Notes: generated by a model from the sequence alone, not told the origin. Shown: positions 17,498-26,887, counted from the stretch's first letter. The stretch: 64,000 bases of DNA from Deltaproteobacteria bacterium (GCA_019310535.1 JAFDED010000009.1:65621-129620), one strand, 5' to 3'. Translations and numbers: made by a program.

Positions 17498-18835
17498 TCA
17501 TGAGGTTGACAAATTGTTGAATGGTTCGCGAAGTGCTGGAGCGATACGCTTGGTCTTGATGAGATACCCCGCCAGCAGGAACATTACGAAAAAACCGGTA
17601 AACCCTACCGCGCACAGGACAGAAAGGACTTGGTACATACTGCTGTGAAAGAGAAATATTCCAATTGCCTGGAACACGGCAATAACGAGTAGTAAAATTA
17701 TGGAAAATAAATTGATCGATATAAAGAAGAAATTAACAAAGAGCAGTATCAGTGATTGAAGCACCATCGCCGTCATCATTGGTACAAGAAGCCATGGTTC
17801 CGGGATTGATTTTGAAGGAAAAAGGATCTTAAAGGGAAGATCAGTAAACATAGCGGAAAAAGCCACTGAAATGCCTCCCAAACCAATAATAGCCAATGTG
17901 CTGTACAAAAGAAGTGGTGTGAGGCGCCGGTTTTCATCATACCTCCTGGCCATTTTCGGGAAAACGGTCAATATAAAAGACGACGATACATAAAAGAATA
18001 TGCGACCTACCATGGATACCCGACCATAATCACCGGCAAGTATGGGCGAAAAAAAATGCTTTACGAGAATAATATCCATGTTGTTGATGATACCAAATAG
18101 AAAGTTGACGATGGTGACGCTTACAGCATAAAGTAGGACGCTTTTTTTTATTCCTTCTATCCTCGCTGGAGTCACACCCTTTAACAACGCATTTATATAC
18201 CAATAAATGACTGCCGAGACGATCACCATAGAAATCAGGATGGAGAAAAGCACGCCGCCATACATTGTTCCGATGTAGATGGCAAACAGTATCCCTATAA
18301 TCTTCAGTAATGCCTGCCCCAGGTATCCTAAACCAAGCGCAAGGAAATTTTCCATACCCTGCAGCACTCCAAAAAGAGAGAACATGACGATAAGGGCCAC
18401 AAAAATCGGCCCAAGCCACATGAACCCCACCGGAGAGATAATGTTCAGAAAGTCCGCTATGTAAGGACTAAGGATCACAAAAAAAGGGATAACAGCGACG
18501 CACGCTATGATAACTTTTCTGCCTGTACGTTGGAGAAACCATACCAGGTTTCCTGGTTTTTCAAGCCTCATGAAAGTGACCGTGTACCGACAATATACGA
18601 TTTGAATGATCATGCCGGGCCACATGAGTAAATTTATTAGGCTAAATAGCAAGTAAATATCTCCAAATCGAATATTATCCAGGCTATTGGCGAGAATTAC
18701 CTGGCACATGTAGTGAATAAACTGACCCCCGGTACGTGCAATTATCAATATCATTGCACTGCTGAAGATGAAGGCTTTTTGAAATGTTGCTAATTTTTGA
18801 TAGGCGTTAGAAGGTGTTATTATGATAAAAGCCAT
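17498..18835 (-). CDS. Oligosaccharide/polysaccharide flippase-like membrane protein (MOP/Wzx-type)
   Basis: 445 aa with about 12-14 hydrophobic segments. Sits between a GT2 and a GT-C-like gene. AT-rich. Confidence 0.55.
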   Translation of the reverse strand: MAFIIITPSNAYQKLATFQKAFIFSSAMILIIARTGGQFIHYMCQVILANSLDNIRFGDIYLLFSLINLLMWPGMIIQIVYCRYTVTFMRLEKPGNLVWFLQRTGRKVIIACVAVIPFFVILSPYIADFLNIISPVGFMWLGPIFVALIVMFSLFGVLQGMENFLALGLGYLGQALLKIIGILFAIYIGTMYGGVLFSILISMVIVSAVIYWYINALLKGVTPARIEGIKKSVLLYAVSVTIVNFLFGIINNMDIILVKHFFSPILAGDYGRVSMVGRIFFYVSSSFILTVFPKMARRYDENRRLTPLLLYSTLAIIGLGGISVAFSAMFTDLPFKILFPSKSIPEPWLLVPMMTAMVLQSLILLFVNFFFISINLFSIILLLVIAVFQAIGIFLFHSSMYQVLSVLCAVGFTGFFVMFLLAGYLIKTKRIAPALREPFNNLSTS

Positions 18836-18888
18836 GATAGTTTTTATTCAAATGATTAAAAAAAACTAAATATTGGCACTGAAGAGCC

Positions 18889-19641
18889 TTAATTTATCCT
18901 ATTCAAGTTTGTAATATGCCCCGTAAAATTGCTAGGAACTCTCCTTAAATTTATATAAAGCTTAACGAAATCAATAAAGTTAAAAATCAACTTCTTTATC
19001 AAGTGTTTTCTTTCTTGACGAATTTCCTGGACAGGAACGGGAATTTGACCAATTCGTAAATTCGCTCGTTCAGCTCGTATGACTATCTCGGGATCCGTCA
19101 TTCCCCTGTAAACCGATACATTATCTAGAATGTTTCTCATTGTGGGCAAATATAGAACCTTCATTCCTCTAGAATCCATGGTTCTCATCCCTAAGAAATT
19201 TCTTAACGCTGTGTTCAATAAAAGCGTTAGTATTCGGCGCAATATTCTTCTATTATCAAGGCGAAAAATCTTGACTCCAACAATCAGATCAAAATTTTCT
19301 ATATTATTAAGCGCAATTTCCAGAAATCGTCTATCCCAAAACTCAATTTCAAATCTCGCAGCAAAATCAAATTTACATTCTTTGAAACCAGCTAATATGG
19401 CCAAACCTATATTGCCTTCTTTCAATCTTATCATTCGAACACGAGAATCTTTACGCATTATTGATTTTATTATATTTGCAGTGTTGTCCGTACTTCCATT
19501 CTCGCAAAGAACAATCTCCCAAGCATCAACGAGTTCGTCAAGCATGGCAGTAATTTGAGCAATTTGGTCTTCTATAATTTCTTCCTCGTTATAAACATTA
19601 ATAGTTACTGATAATTTTGAAAATTTTTCGCCATTATGCAT
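18889..19641 (-). CDS. Glycosyltransferase family 2 (DPM1/GtrB/ArnC-like polyprenyl-phosphate sugar synthase type)
   Basis: 250 aa. Motifs LSVTINVYNEEE...IVLCENGSTDNT...RMIRL..N.G, then a D..GMK region, typical of short GT2 enzymes. Confidence 0.75.
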   Translation of the reverse strand: MHNGEKFSKLSVTINVYNEEEIIEDQIAQITAMLDELVDAWEIVLCENGSTDNTANIIKSIMRKDSRVRMIRLKEGNIGLAILAGFKECKFDFAARFEIEFWDRRFLEIALNNIENFDLIVGVKIFRLDNRRILRRILTLLLNTALRNFLGMRTMDSRGMKVLYLPTMRNILDNVSVYRGMTDPEIVIRAERANLRIGQIPVPVQEIRQERKHLIKKLIFNFIDFVKLYINLRRVPSNFTGHITNLNRIN

Positions 19642-19698
19642 TTATTTTATCCTTTGTTACGTTGAAAAGAAAAGCTAAGATTGTTAATCCATCATGTG

Positions 19699-20145
19699 TT
19701 AAATTTTTTTCAACGTCTTGATCTTGGCGGCCTTGCAGGCCCCGAAGGGTGTAAATGTCGGAGATGAGAAGCATTCCAGTTCCTCGGCCGCGCAAAACAC
19801 CTCCGGAGTCCGCTTGAGAAAATGGGTCGCCGCACCGATGCAGGATATCTGGAGATCGAACCCGTTGCGTGTTTTCACTTCCTTTTTGCTCATAGATGGA
19901 CTGCCAGCCTCCGGTGCTTCGGGGACGCACCCGGCGCCATGGCGCTCCGCCAGAGAATCCCGACTCTCGCCAAAACTTCCACGGGTCATGCGAGGGATAC
20001 CGTCAATGACGGGGAATATCTCCTTCTCATCCTCGCCCGTCAGGTATCCGTCTATAATCTCACCTCTTTCCGAGGATAGAACGGTAAGCTCGAGAGGATT
20101 GAGTGTTTGTGGCGCTGCCAGAAATTCGAGAAGAAGTTCTTTCAT
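19699..20145 (-). pseudogene. Deletion derivative of the 21602-22684 methyltransferase (Trm112-like N-domain plus C-tail; SAM-binding core missing)
   Basis: DNA at 19722-19776 matches 21664-21728, and 19777-20150 matches 22320-22684, with few mismatches. The missing 591 bp (21729-22319) is a multiple of 3, so the frame is kept. Confidence 0.7.
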
Positions 20146-20194
20146 GAAAGAGTTCCTGGAGGAAATCACAGTGTTTGTATGCATAATCAGATAG

Positions 20195-21244
20195 TCATTT
20201 TGGATCAGAACTGTTTCTGCCTTTCTTTGCCACGAGGGAGTTAAAAGGATGAGCCATCACCGGATCGTCAAAAGGGGGATGGACATTTTTAAACCAGCCT
20301 TTGATTTCTTCAGGGTCATGGTAGCTCTGATAGGTAGGATGCATATGGTCGAAACATCCTCCCACCCGGCGGCTCCATCTGTCTTGCGGTTGAAACCATG
20401 GATAAAAAAAATCACCCAATCCGGGCAAATATGAAAGAGGAATCAGCCCCTGGATCATCCAGTAAAGTAGTCTCGGCGGCAGATGGATTGTCACTTTACG
20501 CATCTTCTCGTAAAATCGATACCGCTTGTATTTCCAATATACACCCACTACCATTCTTCCGCCCTGTCTGGCAAGTCTGCATATTTGATTGAAAGCACAA
20601 TGAGCGTCTGCGGTGTGGTGCAGCACCCCGACAGCATAGACCCAATCAAAGGTCTCCGGAGCTAAGGGTGGATGCAAAAGATCACCCTGGACCACTAGAC
20701 ACATAGGATTAGCTCTGGTGACTCGATAGGTCACATCACATCCGACAGACGACAGATCAATGCCTATCACTTTAGCGCCATAGCGCAAGGCTTGTAAGGT
20801 ATAGCGACCCACTCCGCATCCGGCGTCTAAAAAAGATTTTCCTTCCAGAACAGTGGTAAGAAAGGGATCATTTTCTTCGAACCCCAAACTATTGGCAAAT
20901 AGGCGGGCGTTGGGATAATGGGCCTCATCCAATTGGGATGTTTTGAGCTTTTCCCACTGTACGGAAAAGGAGGCTCTTGTGCGTCGAACCTTTCTTGGCA
21001 GCTTTTTGGCAATCTTGGCAATACCAGATAATTGTGAACGGAACGGCCATAACTCGCGGGCAAACGCCTCCCACGCATCGGGGAGGAATCTTGGAATTCC
21101 CCCAACCACTGGATATGCTGTGCCTGATAAGGTGCGCAGGACACCTGTTTCAATATGTCCATCACTGTGCCGATCAAACACTATAAGCTCAAATTGCTGA
21201 GCAGTATGAGGGCAGCGAAGATAATGAAGGAATTCCTCTCTCAT
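20195..21244 (-). CDS. Class I SAM-dependent methyltransferase with N-terminal Trm112-like domain
   Basis: The N-terminus YLRCPHT...YPVVGGIPRFLPD is Trm112p-like. SAM motif I is FLDAGCGVGRYT. Confidence 0.8.
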   Translation of the reverse strand: MREEFLHYLRCPHTAQQFELIVFDRHSDGHIETGVLRTLSGTAYPVVGGIPRFLPDAWEAFARELWPFRSQLSGIAKIAKKLPRKVRRTRASFSVQWEKLKTSQLDEAHYPNARLFANSLGFEENDPFLTTVLEGKSFLDAGCGVGRYTLQALRYGAKVIGIDLSSVGCDVTYRVTRANPMCLVVQGDLLHPPLAPETFDWVYAVGVLHHTADAHCAFNQICRLARQGGRMVVGVYWKYKRYRFYEKMRKVTIHLPPRLLYWMIQGLIPLSYLPGLGDFFYPWFQPQDRWSRRVGGCFDHMHPTYQSYHDPEEIKGWFKNVHPPFDDPVMAHPFNSLVAKKGRNSSDPK

Positions 21245-21339
21245 GGCGAATTATATAGATCTGCTAAGAGTTGCTTGCGAAAAAATATGCTCCTTACACT
21301 TGATTTCCATATCAAGATGTTTGAGTAATCATCATAGTA

Positions 21340-21572
21340 GAAAAGAAGGATTCGTTCAATCGTTTTTCTGAGTGCTTTCAAAATGGATCGATTAAATCGA
21401 ATTAATATTATGTCATTTCTTGGCCGCAACGAGAATGTGATCGAAAGCCCTGGAGGGCACTAACAACAAAATCAAAACCATGAAAAGGCAAGCCTATGGC
21501 TTTCGGGATATGGAATTCTTTAAACTTAAAATTATGGCTATTCATGAGACAAAGTACACTTTAATCGGATGA
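21340..21572 (+). pseudogene. ISL3-family transposase C-terminal relic (frameshifted)
   Basis: Hand translation of 21447-21572 gives ALEGTNNKIKTMKRQAYGFRDMEFFKLKIMAIHETKYTLIG*. Upstream frames give FNRFSECFQ and MDRLNRINIMSFLGRNENVIES, with at least one 1-nt indel between them. Confidence 0.7.
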
Positions 21573-21601
21573 ACCCTTTTTATTTACAAGAGAGCAAGTA
21601 A

Positions 21602-22684
21602 TCATATTTGTGATAAACCAAAATTATAATCCTGTCTTGAAAAGACTTTTTCCAATACCTTTCTCTTGGCGGCCTTGCAAGCCCCGAAGGGTGTAAATGT
21701 CGGAGATGATAAGCATTCTAGTTCCTCGAACCAGCCGGAGATTTCCTCCACGGAGTAGTATCCTTGATAGGGTGGATGGAAGTGGTCGAACGCTCCGTTC
21801 ACCCGTGAGCGGAAAGGCTCTTTTCGCTCCACCCATGGATGACAGGCTTGTTGCAGGCCTGGGAGGTAACTGATAACAGCCAGAGGGTAGCATAAATACC
21901 AAAGAAGCCGCAAGGGGATGCGGGTGGTAAGAATGCGAAGCAGCGTATAATATCGCCAGAAGCGGTATTTGCCGTAGACCCCTACCACCAGATCACCGCC
22001 CACGCGTGTGCAACGGGCCATTTCATAGAGTCCCAGTTGCAGGTTGGCTGTGTGATGCAAAACCCCAACGCTGAATGCCAGATGAATGGATTCCGTTCGA
22101 ACAGGCAATTGCAGAATGCTGCCTTCCACCACGTGCGCCCTCGGGTGATCCTTGACCTGATCATAAAGGAACGATAATCCCACTCTGTTGATATCCAAAG
22201 CGATGACCTCGGCCCCAAGGTTCAGGGCGTCGAAGGTATATTGCCCGCCGCCGGCCCCCGCATCGAGCATACGCTTGCCTGAAAGCCGGTCCGCCGCCTC
22301 TTCCGGAGGCACACCGATAGCCGCGCAAAACACCTCCGGAGTCCGCTTGAAAAAATGGGTCGCCGCACCGCTGCAGGATATCTGGAGATCGAACCCGTTG
22401 CGTGTTTTCTTTTCCTTTTTGCTCATAGATGGACTGCCAGCCTCCGGTGCTTCGGGGACGCGCCCGGCGCCATGGCGCTCCGCCAGAGAATCCCGACTCT
22501 CGCCAAAACTTCCACGGGTCATGCGAGGGATACCGTCAATGATGGGGAATATCTCCTTCTCATCCTCGCCCGTCAGGTATCCGTCTATAATCTCATCCCC
22601 TTTCGAGGATAGAACGGTAAGCTCGATAGGATTGAGTGTTTGAGGCGCTGCTAGAAATTCGAGAAGAAGTTCTTTCATGAACAT
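21602..22684 (-). CDS. Class I SAM-dependent methyltransferase with degenerate Trm112-like N-domain
   Basis: 360 aa. Contains FPIIDGIPRMTRG and SAM motif I MLDAGAGGGQYT. An alternative ATG lies at 22678. Confidence 0.8.
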   Translation of the reverse strand: MFMKELLLEFLAAPQTLNPIELTVLSSKGDEIIDGYLTGEDEKEIFPIIDGIPRMTRGSFGESRDSLAERHGAGRVPEAPEAGSPSMSKKEKKTRNGFDLQISCSGAATHFFKRTPEVFCAAIGVPPEEAADRLSGKRMLDAGAGGGQYTFDALNLGAEVIALDINRVGLSFLYDQVKDHPRAHVVEGSILQLPVRTESIHLAFSVGVLHHTANLQLGLYEMARCTRVGGDLVVGVYGKYRFWRYYTLLRILTTRIPLRLLWYLCYPLAVISYLPGLQQACHPWVERKEPFRSRVNGAFDHFHPPYQGYYSVEEISGWFEELECLSSPTFTPFGACKAAKRKVLEKVFSRQDYNFGLSQI

Positions 22685-22844
22685 GTTCCTGGAGCATCCG
22701 GATTTATTATAAATACGTTAGACAAACAAAAACCTCGATACCGCCGGAATCGCGTCCCCACAGCATGCGGCGACCTCTAGAATGTCAAAATCGCCTTCAG
22801 GTGTCAAGATGTTTTCAACAAAGTTACGCCGAATTTTCCAGGGG

Positions 22845-22905
22845 GAAAAGGGATAATTGCGGCACTGGAGGATCACCTCCCGCTCCGGGGTGGAATAACG
22901 GAGCC
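22845..22905 (+). repeat. Module of intergenic repeat B (GAAAAGGGATAATTGCGGCACTGGAGGATCACCTCCCGCTCCGGGGTGGAATAACGGAGCC)
   Basis: Reverse complement of 47941-48000. A 19-nt core is identical between 22876-22894 and rc 47952-47970. Confidence 0.75.
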
Positions 22906-23071
22906 CATGGGTGTGCGCGACAGCAAGAGGCAGTACATGGTTCGTTCAATGGTTCCCGGGCGCGGGGTGCAGCGTCTCTTTATAAAAGCGTCAACCCGGA
23001 AAAGGCAATACTTCGATAAAGTCCTGGCAGCTACCCTTTCTTTCCATACGGTGGTGTGCTATATGTTAGTC

Positions 23072-24064
23072 ATGAAGATCGGAACCCTGGAGCTTTGTAA
23101 CAACCTTATCCTGGCGCCTTTATCAGGGGTGGCCGACGCTCCTTTCAGGAATATGGCTGCCCGCTGGGGCGCCGGCATGGTGACCAGCGAGATGATAAGC
23201 GCCCACAGCCTGGCCCGCGGGGACGCACGGGCCATGGAAATGCTCCGACACGACTCCCGGACCTGTGCGTTTACCGCACAAATTTTCGGGGCGGATCCAG
23301 AAATCATGGCGGAAGCGGCCCGCCGTGCGGAGGTCTCCGGCGTACACGCAGTGGACATCAACATGGGTTGCCCGGTCAACAAGGTAATACGAACAGGAGC
23401 CGGGGCCGCTCTCATGCGGGAACCCCACAGGGCGGAGGCCGTTATCCGGGCTGTCCGCCGCGCGGTATCCATTCCGGTGACCGTCAAGATACGTTCGGGA
23501 TGGGATGAATCCCACCGCAACGCAATGGAGATTGCGCAAAGGGCCGCGGGCCAGGGAGCGGACGCGGTCACGGTGCATCCTCGAACGCGGTCCCAGGGAT
23601 TTCGGGGAAACGCCGACTGGTCGTTTATCGCCAAAACTGTGGAGGCCATCCCCATTCCTGTCATCGGCAATGGCGGTGTTTCATCACCGGCGGATGCTGT
23701 AACCCTGCTCAGGAGAACAGGATGCCTTGGGGTCATGATCGGCCGCGGGGCGCTGGGAAGGCCATGGATATTTGCTCAATTAGAGCACTATCTCCGCGGC
23801 GAGCCCCTGCCGGACACGCCCGGAAAAGTGCAACTTTTGCAGGAAATCCTGAATCACCTCCATTTAGCGGCGCAACGGACGCAGAGGCCGGGGGCGATAT
23901 CGCGGATGCGCATGCACATCGCATGGTACACTCGGGGGCTTCCGGGCGCCCGCTTCCTGAGAAAATGCCTCCACCTCTCGAACGATTTTGCATCCATGGA
24001 AAACATTCTGGTTTCATATTTCAGGAATCTTGGGGAAGATCAGTTCATAGAGGATGGGTGTTGA
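23072..24064 (+). CDS. dusB: tRNA-dihydrouridine synthase
   Basis: Starts MKIGTLELCNNLILAPLSGVADAPFR. Contains DINMGCP, and the TIM-barrel Dus pattern runs through GRGALGRPWIF. The track ORF starts earlier, at 22907. Confidence 0.85.
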   Translation: MKIGTLELCNNLILAPLSGVADAPFRNMAARWGAGMVTSEMISAHSLARGDARAMEMLRHDSRTCAFTAQIFGADPEIMAEAARRAEVSGVHAVDINMGCPVNKVIRTGAGAALMREPHRAEAVIRAVRRAVSIPVTVKIRSGWDESHRNAMEIAQRAAGQGADAVTVHPRTRSQGFRGNADWSFIAKTVEAIPIPVIGNGGVSSPADAVTLLRRTGCLGVMIGRGALGRPWIFAQLEHYLRGEPLPDTPGKVQLLQEILNHLHLAAQRTQRPGAISRMRMHIAWYTRGLPGARFLRKCLHLSNDFASMENILVSYFRNLGEDQFIEDGC

Positions 24065-24109
24065 CCACCTTTCAGGCGGCATCGTGGATTGAAAACTGGA
24101 GGATAACAT

Positions 24110-24346
24110 ATGCAGAATGAATGGATCACCAGCAACCCGGGCGTACTGGGGGGCAAACCGGTCATCCGAGGAACAAGGGTCTCTGTTGCGTTCGTGCTCA
24201 AGCTGTTATCTGCTGGCTGGACAATGGACCAGATTATGGAAAATTACCCGCATCTGACGAAGGAAGGAATACTGTCAGCCCTGGAATATGCTTCACGGGT
24301 CTTAGATGGTCAATGGGTTGTTCCCGTGCGCGAGGAGAAGCCATGA
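24110..24346 (+). CDS. DUF433 domain protein (antitoxin-like)
   Basis: 78 aa. The motif NPGVLGGKPVIRGTRVSV is typical of DUF433. Its stop overlaps the next start (ATGA at 24343-24346). Confidence 0.75.
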   Translation: MQNEWITSNPGVLGGKPVIRGTRVSVAFVLKLLSAGWTMDQIMENYPHLTKEGILSALEYASRVLDGQWVVPVREEKP

Positions 24347-24723
24347 AGATCCTTGTGGATGAAAATGTGTCTACGGCATTAATAAATAAATTGCAAGACC
24401 GGGGGTACGTGGTGAGCGGCACCATCGGCCTTGGCCTGGCAGGTGCGGAAGATCAATGGGTACTGACACGTGCGGTGCGTGAGGGGGCTATAATTCTTGC
24501 ATCTGACAAGGAATTCAGTCGTCTCCTGCAGTTTCCCAGTGCAAACAATCCTCAACCTCAAGCCCTTCTCATCACGGTTGACCATTGTATCCATTCCCGG
24601 TTGATGGACGACGTAATCCTTGCACTGGAAGTGCTTCAAACCAAAGAAGGCGATGAACCTTTTGTCGCTATGTTGGAGGGGGACCGCATTCTCATCCAGA
24701 TCGGGACCGGCGGGGAGGCATAA
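24343..24723 (+). CDS. DUF5615 (PIN-like/Mut7-C-like) protein, toxin-like partner of DUF433
   Basis: The MKILVDENVS...ASDKEF pattern fits DUF5615. Translationally coupled to the DUF433 gene. Confidence 0.7.
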   Translation: MKILVDENVSTALINKLQDRGYVVSGTIGLGLAGAEDQWVLTRAVREGAIILASDKEFSRLLQFPSANNPQPQALLITVDHCIHSRLMDDVILALEVLQTKEGDEPFVAMLEGDRILIQIGTGGEA

Positions 24724-24807
24724 AAGAGATTCAACAAGAATTGTAACGGCAAAATGTTCGGCGGAGTTTAATCGAGAGCAATTTCTTCAGAATCGTCGTT
24801 CTTCCCG

Positions 24808-25059
24808 CTATCGTTCTTTCCCATACCATTCCCCATACCATTCCATCCGTTCATACGCGAGACATCTCTCACAGCTCCATCCCAGCCATTTCATCATAAC
24901 GGCAAAGTCAAGGCAAGACTCGTAATGTCGGCAGTCTACATGCCGGAAGCCCGTCCCCTCAGATGCTTTAATAGGATTTGGTTTGCTGAATAATATCACA
25001 TCGCCCATTGCTGACTTAGTAGTAATTGAAGGTTTTTTTGCAGTTGTCATGCGTCTCAA
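24808..25059 (-). CDS. Hypothetical small Cys-containing protein
   Basis: 83-aa ORF with TTG (25059) or ATG (25050) start. Contains a CRHYESC...WSCERC motif. No family recognised and the SD is weak. Confidence 0.3.
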   Translation of the reverse strand: MRRMTTAKKPSITTKSAMGDVILFSKPNPIKASEGTGFRHVDCRHYESCLDFAVMMKWLGWSCERCLAYERMEWYGEWYGKER

Positions 25060-25371
25060 TGAATGCTATCCAAAGCCCGGCAAACCTGCTAATCTTCGTC
25101 CTTTTTTTTGAAGCAGCGGATTTGCAGGATACCGCCCTGGCGATTTGACCCGGTTGGTCATTGGTGCCGAAGGGTGCCGAAGGCGGGATACGCCCGATGG
25201 CACCTAATTTGTTGAAATCATTGACCGTGGATAACCGAAAAATTGCCTGTTTTTTGCCGGAATCTGCACCCTGTACGCAGCCAGATTCCACGATGTGCAA
25301 GGCCATTTTCCTGATATTGTTTAACGGGTTTTCGGGAGAATGTCAATAAAAATCGGCAGGGAAAAAACGCT

Positions 25372-25530
25372 TCATTCGACTAAAGCGTACTTTGTCTCAT
25401 GAACAGCCATGATTTTACGTTTAAAAAATTCCATATCACGAAAGCCATAGGCTTGCCTTTTCTATGGTTTTGATTTTGTTGTTAGTGCTCTCTGAGGTGT
25501 ACCCCTTTGTCAAGACAAGAATTAGGGTTT
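25372..25530 (-). mobile_element. Miniature ISL3-derived relic: transposase C-terminal about 40 codons (frameshifted) fused to a putative IS end
   Basis: The reverse complement translates to ...TNNKIKT then, after a 1-nt indel, QAYGFRDMEFFKRKIMAVHETKYALVE*. This joins directly to GGTGTACCCCTTTGTCAAGACAAGAATTAGGGTTT (25496-25530), which recurs at 29334-29368. Confidence 0.6.
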
Positions 25531-25594
25531 ATATGTCCAGAGGGGGATTTGTGTCACTAAAGCTTGATTGTCACAGCGATGAACCGGAGCAACG

Positions 25595-26887
25595 CTATTT
25601 TATGTACCCAAATGCCCTTGGTAAAAAGGTGGAAAAAAACGGTATATATGTCACAAGAAGAATAACGATAAATTCCATCATAATAAATGGAATAATTCTA
25701 CGAACCAATTGCTCAAAGGTCACATTGCTCACACCACACGCGGCAAAAAGAGTAAGTCCAACTGGCGGCGTTGCCAGGCCCACCGTGAGATTAACAATCA
25801 TAATCATTCCAAAGTGAAGAGGATGGAGCCCTATCTGATCTATAACCAGGGGAGCCAGCAGAGGGGCAAGAATGACAATATTGACGCTTAAGTCCATGAA
25901 CATGCCGGCCAATAACATGATAATATTAACCAGCAACAAAATAATATAAGGATTGTCAGAAATACTGAAGAATAATCTTGCGACCTCATCCGCCAGATTA
26001 TGAAAAGCAATCAGCCACCCGAACAATGATGCGGCACCTATTACAAATAAAATCATAGCCGATGTAATTGTACTCCGTAACACAATATTGAAAAGCATTG
26101 ATGGTTTTAATTCCCTGGTCCAGAAAAAGCCCACCAGTAATCCGTACGCAACAGCGATAGCCGCAGCCTCCGTGGGCGTACAAATTCCTCCCAATATTCC
26201 ACCCAGGATAATGAATGGCATAAGAAGTGCGTGGATTGCGCTTTTCAGCGCATTGAGAAACTCTCTGAAAGAAGCTCTCTTTTTATAAGTACCGTAATTC
26301 TTTAACCTTGAGCTGATATACGCCGCGCCCATCAAAAAAACTCCCAGCAACAGGCCTGGAAGGAAGCCTCCCAAGAACAGAGCGGCAACCGATTCACGCA
26401 TTATGCTCGCATATATAATCATGACAATACTGGGGGGGATAATAGGTCCAATTATCGACGAAGCAGCGGTAACCGCGGCGCTGAAATCTTCATCATACCT
26501 ATCTTTTACCATTGCTGGAATAAGAATTTTTCCTAAAGCTACAGTGTCAGCCACTGCCGATCCAGAAATTCCAGCAAAGATGATACTGGCCAGTATGTTG
26601 ACATGTGCCATTCCTCCCCTGAGATGACCGACGAGCACGTTCGCAAATCGAACCAGTCCATCAGTAATTTTTGCCTGATTCATCACCTCGCCGGCGAGGA
26701 TAAAAAAAGGAATTGCCATCAGGACAACATCATCTACACCTCCAAACATCCTCTGTGGGATGAGCTTGAATATTTTAGGATTCCCCATTTCAAGAAATAC
26801 AAAATAGGTTGTTGAACCAAGAACGAATGCGATAGGGATGCCCGCCAACAGAAAAACAAAAAACAACACTAATATAAATAGAAGCAT
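25595..26887 (-). CDS. dctM: TRAP transporter large permease (DctM family), second system
   Basis: 430 aa, polytopic and collinear with the DctM at 9377-10651. AT-rich codon usage. Confidence 0.9.
   Translation of the reverse strand: MLLFILVLFFVFLLAGIPIAFVLGSTTYFVFLEMGNPKIFKLIPQRMFGGVDDVVLMAIPFFILAGEVMNQAKITDGLVRFANVLVGHLRGGMAHVNILASIIFAGISGSAVADTVALGKILIPAMVKDRYDEDFSAAVTAASSIIGPIIPPSIVMIIYASIMRESVAALFLGGFLPGLLLGVFLMGAAYISSRLKNYGTYKKRASFREFLNALKSAIHALLMPFIILGGILGGICTPTEAAAIAVAYGLLVGFFWTRELKPSMLFNIVLRSTITSAMILFVIGAASLFGWLIAFHNLADEVARLFFSISDNPYIILLLVNIIMLLAGMFMDLSVNIVILAPLLAPLVIDQIGLHPLHFGMIMIVNLTVGLATPPVGLTLFAACGVSNVTFEQLVRRIIPFIMMEFIVILLVTYIPFFSTFLPRAFGYIK

Noticed and set aside
22865-22881. 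GGAGGATCACCTCC, resembling the 3' end of 16S rRNA (anti-SD region).
   Set aside because: This is only a short palindromic hairpin inside repeat module B. No other rRNA-like sequence surrounds it.
25198-25213. Sigma-54-like motif TGGCACCTAATTTGTT on the plus strand.
   Set aside because: The -12 element lacks the conserved GC (it reads TTGT), and no credible plus-strand gene follows; only IS debris does.
25016-25306. 96-aa ORF overlapping the 83-aa Cys-containing ORF (24808-25059), considered as a two-gene mobile-element module or one frameshifted gene.
   Set aside because: No family motifs recognised, weak translation signals, and the region sits in IS debris. Evidence is insufficient to call a second CDS or a frameshift.
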